Of a stretch of DNA of 42,000 nt, positions 1 through 8,192 are shown piece after piece. The stretch's first letter is position 1. Each line of letters starts with the position of its first letter. The stretch comes from a virus (taxonomy: Duplodnaviria; Caudoviricetes): the IMG/VR virus record IMGVR_UViG_3300046786_000257, positions 1-42,000 of that record; one strand, written 5' to 3'. A program made the translations under genes and the position numbers. The notes under the pieces are model-generated. The model saw only the letters and a list, made by a program, of their open reading frames with translations. It did no database searches and had not been told where the DNA came from.

Positions 1-511
1 AACCTCTGATATTAAATTAGAGGTAGACTCATTTGATCAAGAATGGTAACAGAACACATCAAGACAAGACAACAATATTGTCCATGTCAACACAAAAATG
101 TTTCAGATTAAATACTTTAGCTATGACTGGACTCGTGATCAAGATATACATATAGAAGAAAAAAATTCTTTTAAGACAGATGGCGCATCAAAGCAACTAC
201 AAGATATTTATAATAAAGTAGAGTCCTATTACTCTGGTAAGGTAGTAAGAGCTGAAGTAATTAAAATGATGCCAAATACCAAGATAATTAGACATGTCGA
301 TGGCGGAGAAATGCTTACATTAACAAGAAGATGTCACATACCAATAACTACTGCGGATGAAGTATACTTTGGAGTTTTTGGAAATACCATTAACATGAAG
401 GTGGGAACAATTTATGAGATCAATAACTTATTGCCACATGAAGTAGAAAATAATAGCAAAGTAGAAAGAGACCATTTAATACTAGACATACTCCCATTCG
501 AAGTGTTATAA
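1..511 (+). CDS. Aspartyl/asparaginyl beta-hydroxylase-like 2OG-Fe(II) oxygenase; 5' part interrupted by an in-frame TAA at 47-49 (open ORF 98-511)
   Basis: HVD (HxD), RCHIPI, distal His (LPHEVEN) and ERDHLILD motifs of the AspH-like cupin fold. The same frame reads as plausible protein from position 2 except for one TAA. Confidence 0.7.
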
Positions 512-512
512 T
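483..512 (+). promoter_or_regulatory. Sigma70/HrdB-type promoter: TAGACA-18-TATAAT with TG extension
   Basis: TAGACA 483-488; TGTTATAAT 504-512; ATG at 519 with no SD sequence. Confidence 0.6.
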
Positions 513-518
513 ATGATT

Positions 519-1208
519 ATGGACAATACAATTAATAGCATAGGTTTTACTTCTAAGCATGAGCTCTTTCCTGGAGTATGGGTTTATAAAAATGTAATTA
601 AGCCAGAACACAGATTTGTTGAGCGTGTAGATGAGATTATTCAGTCAAGCAACGGTAAGCATATTTGGCAAGAGGCCTTAGTTGGATATTCTGAAAAAAG
701 ACCAGAGTATAGAGATTGCCAGGACTTTAAGCTATCTAAGAACGAATATGCTTCTTCTTTAGATGATCTAGAGTTAAATACGATTTGGCAAGAAGCACAT
801 GACGCTCAAAATATTGCAGTTGAAGATTACTCAGCAATGTATAGTCTAAGACTTGAGTATTGGGAAGCAATGAATTTTATTCAGTATGGTCCAGGACAAC
901 ACTTTCAAGAGCATGCCGATCATGGATTTTCATATGTAGCCACAGTATCTCTTGTTGCATATCCAAATGATGGATATGAGGGAGGGGAGCTATATTTCCC
1001 TAAGCTTAACTTAAATATTAAGCCAGAAGCTGGAGACCTATACATATTCCCTTCAACTTATTTATTCTCACATGTTGCAAAACCAGTTACATCTGGAAGA
1101 AAGTTTTCTATTGTTACAATGCTTGACTATAATGATGAGTGTCATAATGAGGACTTTATGAGACTAAGAGGGCAAAGACTTCAACGTGCACGAAATAAAA
1201 GCCTATAG
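519..1208 (+). CDS. 2OG-Fe(II) oxygenase, prolyl-4-hydroxylase-like (start 513 or 519)
   Basis: HAD, YPNDGYEGGELYFP, HVAKPVTSGRK: HxD...H triad and basic 2OG-binding residue. Confidence 0.9.
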   Translation: MDNTINSIGFTSKHELFPGVWVYKNVIKPEHRFVERVDEIIQSSNGKHIWQEALVGYSEKRPEYRDCQDFKLSKNEYASSLDDLELNTIWQEAHDAQNIAVEDYSAMYSLRLEYWEAMNFIQYGPGQHFQEHADHGFSYVATVSLVAYPNDGYEGGELYFPKLNLNIKPEAGDLYIFPSTYLFSHVAKPVTSGRKFSIVTMLDYNDECHNEDFMRLRGQRLQRARNKSL

Positions 1209-1893
1209 GACCCAGCCAGGCCTGGCAGATATAGCCCCGCTTGGAATCAAAAGAGACTGGATGGATGAAACCTGGGAGGCTCACGCATACAAATGCTTTC
1301 CAGTAAGTCTAGCTAATGGCTTAGGCTGGTATCTTTCTTTTCCAGAAGATATTGTTTTTATTTGGGATGGAATTTCTGATTCAACTGCGGACCACGTTAA
1401 AGTTCTAAAGGGTGAAAAATATGCATATCCAGAAAGAGGAAATGCAACAATAAGCTTTAATACGGGAATCATGTTTAGATCAGATGAAAATATTAGTATG
1501 TTACATATGCCAGTTCCAAATTATTTAAGAGATGGTGTGCAGCCATTCTCTACATTAATTAGCACTTCATTTTTTAATGGAGACATCCCTTGTGCGTGGA
1601 GAATTACCCGCCCAAACGTAGAAATAACAATTAAAGCTGGAACACCAGTCATTGCTCTTGTGCCAATAAACTTAGAAGAAATTCAAAATTCATCTATTGT
1701 ATTTGAAGATATAAAGTCTTTTGATTCAAAGGGATTTGACTCAGACGGATATTCAAGAGCATTGGGTCGCTTAAATAAAGAAGCAAAGTGGTCTAATTTT
1801 TATAGGGATGCCGTAGATCATTTAGGCAGGAAAATAGGCAAGCATCAAGTTAAAGCAATAAGGCTTTCTGTGAAAGATACCCTAGATAACTAA
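1186..1893 (+). CDS. DUF6065-like conserved protein (commonly beside phage 2OG oxygenases)
   Basis: KRDWMD...HAYKCFPVSLANGLGW motif and C-terminal WSNFYRDAVD, recalled as DUF6065-like. Confidence 0.6.
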   Translation: MHEIKAYRTQPGLADIAPLGIKRDWMDETWEAHAYKCFPVSLANGLGWYLSFPEDIVFIWDGISDSTADHVKVLKGEKYAYPERGNATISFNTGIMFRSDENISMLHMPVPNYLRDGVQPFSTLISTSFFNGDIPCAWRITRPNVEITIKAGTPVIALVPINLEEIQNSSIVFEDIKSFDSKGFDSDGYSRALGRLNKEAKWSNFYRDAVDHLGRKIGKHQVKAIRLSVKDTLDN

Positions 1894-1911
1894 CTGCTTT
1901 TGTGGTAAAAT
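1883..1911 (+). promoter_or_regulatory. Promoter TAGATA-17-TAAAAT with TG extension
   Basis: TGGTAAAAT 1903-1911 in the intergenic gap; the same 9-mer recurs at 7837 and 28351. Confidence 0.55.
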
Positions 1912-1938
1912 AATAGTACTGAGCGAATTGAGGATTTC

Positions 1939-2616
1939 ATGGAAATATCAAATAAAGACATAAAGCATAGAGCACCTAAATCAATTACACCTTCTGGATT
2001 TTTTGGTGATTCAAGTAGCAATATTGTAGAGCTAGTAGACTTTTTAACAGAACAAGAACAAAAGCGCCTTATTGATTTTGCAATGAATAATAAAATTTGG
2101 GACCAGACAGAAACTCATGTTGATGAAGACGGCTTGGTTCTTTATGATGCTAACGTTTGGCAAGATCGAGTCTGCACATACAACTCCCTAATGAAATCAG
2201 ACCCAGAAATTTTAGAATTAATTAACTCCATGATTTATCGCTTAAAGCTAGAGGTAGACAAATTCTTTAACGTCGATGCTAAAGAAACTGGACCAGCAAT
2301 TGTTAGATGGCCTGTTGGAGCAAGACAAGAGCCACATGCAGATAAAGAATTTCACACTGGTATAGAGGCTGGCAGGCCAAATGATTTCCCATGGTATGAC
2401 CTAGCTGGACTATTTTATTTTAACGATGACTACGAAGGTGGCGAACTTTATTTTCCACAACATGGAATTGAGTTTAAGCCAAAAGCAAGGGCAGCATATT
2501 TTTTCCCAGGAGATAGATACTATACTCATGGGGTAAGACCAGTTAAGTCTGGCAATAGATTTACTTCACCGTTCTTTTGGACGATTATGAGACATACAGG
2601 AGAAAGACAGCCATGA
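1939..2616 (+). CDS. 2OG-Fe(II) oxygenase, P4H-like
   Basis: HAD, YFNDDYEGGELYFP, HGVRPVKSGNR; SD GAGG upstream. Confidence 0.9.
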   Translation: MEISNKDIKHRAPKSITPSGFFGDSSSNIVELVDFLTEQEQKRLIDFAMNNKIWDQTETHVDEDGLVLYDANVWQDRVCTYNSLMKSDPEILELINSMIYRLKLEVDKFFNVDAKETGPAIVRWPVGARQEPHADKEFHTGIEAGRPNDFPWYDLAGLFYFNDDYEGGELYFPQHGIEFKPKARAAYFFPGDRYYTHGVRPVKSGNRFTSPFFWTIMRHTGERQP

Positions 2617-3437
2617 GCAATTTAGAATATGTAGAGCTATACCCAAAAGTTGATGTATATAGAAATGTACTTAAAGATCCACAACAGCTTTATGATGTAA
2701 TGAAAGACTCTGAAAGAAATGCTAATGGAGAGTTCTATCTTAAGACCTGGGATCCGTGGGCACATTTTGGTACGTATACTCAGCATAAGGGGTCACACGA
2801 GATAACTCCTGAAATGGAACAGCTTGATAAGTTTAAAGCTGAGAAGGCATTTGTGGATGAGGTTGAAGCTGCATATGCGGCAGTTATAGCAGACTATGTT
2901 GAAAGACATAACGTTGAAATGCCAGAAGGCTGGAGATTTAGCGGATGCTCTTTTTCAAAGTATAATCCTCAAGTCGATGTTCTTAAAAACAAAATGACAA
3001 TGCAGTACCATACTGACTTTATTATTTCACAAAGAGACATGCCAGGAACAAAATTTTTCTTAACATGTACAATGTATATTAATGATGACTATGAAGGTGG
3101 AGACATCGAGTTTTATATTGATGGTGACGGAACTATTATTAACCATAAGCCTAAAGCTGGAGACATCCTTGTATTCCCATCAACAGATCCTTATTTCCAT
3201 GGCGTAAAGGTTATCAACGAAGCAGAGAAGTTTTTTGTTAGAAACTTTGTCGTCTATGACTACGATGGATCAGAAGAATGGCTCGCTAATCAAAAGAGAT
3301 TTGGTGCTTATGCATGGTCAAAGAAAGAGCTTGAAAGAATTGAAGAAGAAGATAAAAAGAATATGATCTACTTAAAAGATGGGGCTCGTGTAGAACACAA
3401 GGACGCATACGCTAATAGAGATCAGGGTGGGATGTAA
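2613..3437 (+). CDS. 2OG-Fe(II) oxygenase, P4H-like
   Basis: HTD, YINDDYEGGDIEF, HGVK; ATGA overlap with the upstream stop favours start 2613. Confidence 0.88.
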   Translation: MSNLEYVELYPKVDVYRNVLKDPQQLYDVMKDSERNANGEFYLKTWDPWAHFGTYTQHKGSHEITPEMEQLDKFKAEKAFVDEVEAAYAAVIADYVERHNVEMPEGWRFSGCSFSKYNPQVDVLKNKMTMQYHTDFIISQRDMPGTKFFLTCTMYINDDYEGGDIEFYIDGDGTIINHKPKAGDILVFPSTDPYFHGVKVINEAEKFFVRNFVVYDYDGSEEWLANQKRFGAYAWSKKELERIEEEDKKNMIYLKDGARVEHKDAYANRDQGGM

Positions 3438-4195
3438 TGGAGTTAATTAAGTTAACAGAAGACATTCACCTTTATAAAAACTTTATATCAAAAGAAGAAA
3501 GCGAAGCCGTAGTAGCCCTGCTAAATAAGATTGCAGAAACAGAAGAGGGTTACTGGAAAGGTATTTCTTTTTATGAGTCATACTCAGCACGTTACCCATT
3601 TGACGGAGAAGAAATTCTAAAAGAATACGGACTTAGCGATACATGGTTTTCTGATATTCAGCAAAGGTTTAAAGAGGCAGCAGCGGTAGTTGCTGGAAAG
3701 TCTGCAGACGAGATGTCTAAGATCAGCTTTCACGTTCAAAGATGGCTTCCAGGAGCATTTGCCCCAAAGCATTCAGACAACAGCAGCAATGAAGGTGTCC
3801 TAGGTGCATTTACAAGAAGCAGATATGCTGGATTTCTTTATTTGAACGATGACTTTGAAGGCGGAACATTAAAGTTTGACGCAGAGCATGGGAAGACACC
3901 GTTGGAGATAGTTCCAGAGACTGGATCATTTTTAGTATTTCATGGTGGTCATAAAAATATGCACGAAGTAACAGTTGTTAAGGGTAAGCCAAGATACACG
4001 CTAGGATCATTTTGGGATGATAGAGAAGAAGAAGATTATCCCAAAGAGCTTAGAGATGAATGGGCAGACGAACTTGCAGAGGTCAGAGCTTATCAAAAAG
4101 GTGAGCAGGAACAGTGGCAGGATATTCGTGAAAAAGGCTTAAGGCTCTCTCCGTATGGAAAGACTGTACCAGCTTCAGAAGTAGAGGAAATTTAA
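3437..4195 (+). CDS. 2OG-Fe(II) oxygenase, P4H-like
   Basis: HSD, YLNDDFEGGTL, HEVTVVKGKPRY; TAATG coupling. Confidence 0.9.
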   Translation: MELIKLTEDIHLYKNFISKEESEAVVALLNKIAETEEGYWKGISFYESYSARYPFDGEEILKEYGLSDTWFSDIQQRFKEAAAVVAGKSADEMSKISFHVQRWLPGAFAPKHSDNSSNEGVLGAFTRSRYAGFLYLNDDFEGGTLKFDAEHGKTPLEIVPETGSFLVFHGGHKNMHEVTVVKGKPRYTLGSFWDDREEEDYPKELRDEWADELAEVRAYQKGEQEQWQDIREKGLRLSPYGKTVPASEVEEI

Positions 4196-4845
4196 TGGAA
4201 ACTGATAAGCAATTTGATCAATATATAATGTTTGACCTGAAGGTCTTGCACCCAGACATTTGGTATTTTGAAAATGCTATTAGCTATTCAGAGCTTATCG
4301 CTGCTTTTGTCGAGGAGTTGGATAAAGATTTTAGATCTTACATGAGAATCCCAGGCTGGCAAAACTGGACTGCAAGTGATGACTCCTCTGTTGTTTATGG
4401 AGCTACAAAAACAATTAGGCCAGACTATCTTAGAGAATCAACTGGGGATGCAAGAATAGATCAAAAGACTTTGTATATTATAAACAGCCTTACAATGGCA
4501 GCAGAGATGTGCTCCGATAGATATCTTGATGGTCACGGGCTAGATAAGTCTAAGTACAACCTAGACTTAAGTTCAATTCAGTTTAAAAAATGGAATGCTG
4601 GACAGTCTATGGGACCGCATTTTGATGGTCAAGACGGGGACACCTCATTGGCATTCTCTATGGTTTCATATATCAATGATGATTATGAAGGCGGAGAAAT
4701 TAGTTTCCCAGATCATAATATAGCTATTAAGCCAAAGGCTGGTAGCTTGATTATGTTCCCATCTCAGCTTCCTTTTATGCATGAAGTAAAGCAAATTAAA
4801 TCTGGAACAAGATATATGGTTCCTTATTTAGTATATAATAAATAA
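4195..4845 (+). CDS. 2OG-Fe(II) oxygenase, P4H-like
   Basis: HFD, YINDDYEGGEISFP, HEVKQIKSGTRY; TAATG coupling. Confidence 0.9.
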   Translation: METDKQFDQYIMFDLKVLHPDIWYFENAISYSELIAAFVEELDKDFRSYMRIPGWQNWTASDDSSVVYGATKTIRPDYLRESTGDARIDQKTLYIINSLTMAAEMCSDRYLDGHGLDKSKYNLDLSSIQFKKWNAGQSMGPHFDGQDGDTSLAFSMVSYINDDYEGGEISFPDHNIAIKPKAGSLIMFPSQLPFMHEVKQIKSGTRYMVPYLVYNK

Positions 4846-4850
4846 CCAGG

Positions 4851-4859
4851 TGGTATAAT
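4851..4859 (+). promoter_or_regulatory. Extended -10 promoter TGGTATAAT, probably leaderless
   Basis: Consensus TGnTATAAT with ATG 6 nt downstream (4866) and no SD sequence. Confidence 0.65.
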
Positions 4860-4865
4860 AAAAAA

Positions 4866-5969
4866 ATGAGTATCGGAGTAAATGGCTGGAGATTTCCAGA
4901 CTATTCAGACACGCCAGACGTCCCTAGAGACCTTGGTAACCTTGGCGATGACATTGCGGCATTCATTGAGGCTCATCCAGGGCCACAGGGCGATCCAGGG
5001 CCTTCTAACACCCTTTCTATAGGAACTGTAACAACAGTTACATCTGAAACTGGAGCTTCAGCAACAATAACTGGAACTTCACCAACACAAACATTAAACC
5101 TTCAAATACCAAGAGGTATTGATGGAATTATTGGTGGTCCTGGCCCATCAAATGTTTTAACAGTTGGAACAGTTACAACAGGTGCTGCTGGCGTAGATGC
5201 AGAAGTTTCAATTACTGGAACATCTCCAGAGCAAGTTATTAATTTTGTCATACCAAGAGGCGCAACTGGACTAACTGGTGCACAGGGAGATAAAGGCGAT
5301 AAGGGTGATGCAGCAGCAACAATAACTGTAAACTCCACAACAACAGGCGCAGCTGGAACAAATGCATCGGTTACAAATACTGGAACTTCAAGTGATGTAA
5401 TTCTTAATTTTGTAATTCCAAGAGGAGCAGATGGCGCAACTGGCGCAACTGGCGCAACTGGAGCAGACGGAGCTCCAGGTGCAGATGGATTAAATGCAAA
5501 CTTAGAACCCATCGATAATAAAATTCAATTAAACCCTCCAACAGTAACAGGGTCATTTGGTGTTAATGGAAACTGGTATCCAGCATATAATAATTTAAAT
5601 TATTTAGGACAGTTAGCGGATTCTGGACAGATACCTGCATGGCAGGCGAGAGTTTGGAAGAGTGCATATTTGCAGATATCTCCAACAATTACTTCTGATA
5701 TTAGAGCAAAAGAAAATATATCTGACTCCACACTAGGATTAGATTTTATTAATGATCTTCGTCCAGTTAGATATCACTACGGATTAATTGCTCAAGAAGT
5801 AAAAGAAGCAATAGATGCTTCAGGAGTAGAAGACTTTGGAGGGTGGGTAAAAGAAGACCTAAATGATCCAGAATCATCTGAACATTTAAGATATGAAGAG
5901 CTAGTTGCTCCATTAATTAAAGCGGTACAAGAACTTACAGCTAGAATACAAGCACTAGAAGCGAAGTAA
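4866..5969 (+). CDS. Collagen-like fibre protein with C-terminal peptidase S74 intramolecular chaperone
   Basis: Gly-X-Y tracts; three ~40-aa repeats ending IPRG; SDIRAK...HYGLIAQEV...LIKAVQEL chaperone with terminal coiled coil. Confidence 0.85.
   Translation: MSIGVNGWRFPDYSDTPDVPRDLGNLGDDIAAFIEAHPGPQGDPGPSNTLSIGTVTTVTSETGASATITGTSPTQTLNLQIPRGIDGIIGGPGPSNVLTVGTVTTGAAGVDAEVSITGTSPEQVINFVIPRGATGLTGAQGDKGDKGDAAATITVNSTTTGAAGTNASVTNTGTSSDVILNFVIPRGADGATGATGATGADGAPGADGLNANLEPIDNKIQLNPPTVTGSFGVNGNWYPAYNNLNYLGQLADSGQIPAWQARVWKSAYLQISPTITSDIRAKENISDSTLGLDFINDLRPVRYHYGLIAQEVKEAIDASGVEDFGGWVKEDLNDPESSEHLRYEELVAPLIKAVQELTARIQALEAK
5433..5459 (+). repeat. Perfect 9-bp tandem repeat (GGCGCAACT)x3 encoding Gly-Ala-Thr collagen triplets
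   Basis: Seen directly. Confidence 0.9.
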
Positions 5970-5971
5970 CC

Positions 5972-7792
5972 ATGTCATACAAGTACACAGTCTTGCGTGA
6001 TAACCCAGTATCCTTTTTTCTGCTAGACGAAGTGCAGTCTGGAACAACAGTAAGCTATGACGTATTACTAGATCAGTTTTCTACATATCAAGATCTAAAA
6101 GACAATGGCGTTTCCTATTCCGCTCTTACGGGCCTACCTATTCATGATTATTCTGGTAATTTAAATGATGGCTATGCAATTGGGGCTTCTGGCAAAAATA
6201 TAATGCCATTAATTCCAGGCGGGATAAGAGGAACGGAAGTCCTTGATACTACAAGAATTCACCTAATAGCTCCAGGTATAGCTACTAAAGATTACGCAGA
6301 TAACTCATTCTCAATAGAGCTTTGGGTAAGACCTCCCAAGGTTTCAAACTCTAAGGTATCGATTCTTGCAGACAGTAGTAACAATGTTGGCTTATTTTGG
6401 CAAGATGGAGATATCATATTCCAGGTTGGATCAAGTCTTATAAGATACAAGGTTTCAAATAATAAAGCTCACCACGTAGTGGGAACATTTAGCGGGAAAT
6501 CGATTGGGCTCTTCATCGACGGCGCACTGGTTGATTCACTTTCTCTATCTGCATTTAAGTTCTCAAATTCTGAGGTTGATTTTATTATTGGTCCAGCAAC
6601 CACTGGAGATACATTCATAGTTGATTCAGCTGCATTCTATCGATATGATATGTCTTTAAATAAAGTAATTAATCACTTCATTGAGGGGTCTTCAGAAATA
6701 CCTTATTCTCAAATTGTATATCCAGAAAATGGAGAGCTATTTAGTCTCAATCACGAAAAAATAAGATCTCAATTTAGAATTAACTACCCTATTATAAAGC
6801 CATGGAATGAGATTGCTACGGCTGATGTACTATTGGCATCAGATGACTCATATATAACATTTGCTAAAACAGATTCAGCCGCTACTGCCTCATTTTCATT
6901 TGAGGAAGAGATACTAATACCATCAAGTTTAGACATTATTTCCTCTCAGCTTAGCTATGACGATGATATTGAAAACATTGTAGTTGAGGTTAGGATCCCA
7001 GATCAGCCATGGGTTGTTTGCAAAAACAATTCACCTCTCCCATATTATAATAAAAATGATAATATGTTTTCGCAGCTTCTATTTTTAAAGGTTACAATAA
7101 GCTCTTCCGACACAAGAACAGACCTGCCTAGACTAAAATCTCTGTCCATAGACATGTTCGCTAATAAAGACTATTATGCTGATAATTCATCCAGCATTGT
7201 ATCATCTGCCTCTGACTATTCTTTATCTAGATTCAACAAGAATATATTATCTTATGACAAAAATAATGGCCTATCTATGATTGATGGTGGCGGATTTGAT
7301 ATAACAACATCCCTGTCCCCAAGATCAATAGAAATGATATTCTATCCTGATGGCCTTGAAAATGTTTTATTTTCTAGCAACTCTAAAATATTTGGATGGG
7401 ATGATCTTGGAGCGATAGAGAGGTCTGGAATTTCTGCAGTCTACCTTAACGGGGTCGATATCACAGCAGAGACTAATATCTTGGACTTTGTTTCTATTGG
7501 TTCACCTCACCACCTAGTGTTAGTCTTTTCATCTGCTGCAACTAGCAATATTAAGATTAACACCAATCAAGATTCAACTGTATATGGAATGGCTAACTCC
7601 TATAGCAATATTGCCCTATATGAATCAGCGCTCACGCTAGGAGATGTGCTAACTCATTATGCAATATATACTGGCACCCTGACATCAGATGTGACAATGG
7701 CGTCAGTTGGCATATCAGAAGCAGACACTGGAGATAGCAATACTGGCTTCTACTTGAATGAATTAAACTGGAGTACGACATCTTTTAATTAA
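5972..7792 (+). CDS. Virion structural protein with LamG/concanavalin A-like domains
   Basis: FSIELWVRP, HHVVGTF, LFIDG, and a second HHLVLVF...IALY motif; N-terminal VLRDNPVSFFLLDE. Confidence 0.7.
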   Translation: MSYKYTVLRDNPVSFFLLDEVQSGTTVSYDVLLDQFSTYQDLKDNGVSYSALTGLPIHDYSGNLNDGYAIGASGKNIMPLIPGGIRGTEVLDTTRIHLIAPGIATKDYADNSFSIELWVRPPKVSNSKVSILADSSNNVGLFWQDGDIIFQVGSSLIRYKVSNNKAHHVVGTFSGKSIGLFIDGALVDSLSLSAFKFSNSEVDFIIGPATTGDTFIVDSAAFYRYDMSLNKVINHFIEGSSEIPYSQIVYPENGELFSLNHEKIRSQFRINYPIIKPWNEIATADVLLASDDSYITFAKTDSAATASFSFEEEILIPSSLDIISSQLSYDDDIENIVVEVRIPDQPWVVCKNNSPLPYYNKNDNMFSQLLFLKVTISSSDTRTDLPRLKSLSIDMFANKDYYADNSSSIVSSASDYSLSRFNKNILSYDKNNGLSMIDGGGFDITTSLSPRSIEMIFYPDGLENVLFSSNSKIFGWDDLGAIERSGISAVYLNGVDITAETNILDFVSIGSPHHLVLVFSSAATSNIKINTNQDSTVYGMANSYSNIALYESALTLGDVLTHYAIYTGTLTSDVTMASVGISEADTGDSNTGFYLNELNWSTTSFN

Positions 7793-7816
7793 AATGTCCA
7801 TGAGCTTGACATTATC

Positions 7817-7845
7817 TGGACTTTGACAATAAAGAATGGTAAAAT
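7817..7845 (+). promoter_or_regulatory. Promoter TGGACT-17-TAAAAT with TG extension, upstream of head genes
   Basis: TGGTAAAAT 7837-7845; ATG at 7854; no SD sequence. Confidence 0.6.
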
Positions 7846-7853
7846 AAATACCT

Positions 7854-8192
7854 ATGGATATCACAAAAATCAATCAGTCAGTTATAGAAGAGACACGCCT
7901 GGGCATTTATGTCTGGGAGATGCCCGATGGCCGCTGGATTGGCGATGACGACGGAAACTTCTTGTCTATAACTTCGACTAAAAACAATAAGTCTAAGATC
8001 GAAGCTTTAGCAGAGGTAGTTCGGTCATACGGCATATCTGAAGGCCAACCTAAATTTTTATCAGGCCGCAGAAAAATTGATGATGAAGAATTTGAGTATC
8101 AAAAACAAAGACTAAACTGGGGATTAACTCCAGACCCTCTAGATATCGGAGTTTATAAAGATGGTCTTTTGAGAGGTGGACAGGTTCAATGA
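7854..8192 (+). CDS. Hypothetical protein preceding the portal gene
   Basis: Clean ORF with ATGA overlap into the portal gene. Confidence 0.75.
   Translation: MDITKINQSVIEETRLGIYVWEMPDGRWIGDDDGNFLSITSTKNNKSKIEALAEVVRSYGISEGQPKFLSGRRKIDDEEFEYQKQRLNWGLTPDPLDIGVYKDGLLRGGQVQ

Noticed and set aside
47-49. Stop-codon reassignment as the explanation for the in-frame TAA
   Set aside because: TAA is the dominant true stop throughout the window, and all other genes are intact under code 11
7793-7830. Imperfect inverted repeat and two TTGACA hexamers before the head operon
   Set aside because: The stem is weak, and neither TTGACA is at 16-18 nt spacing from the -10 box
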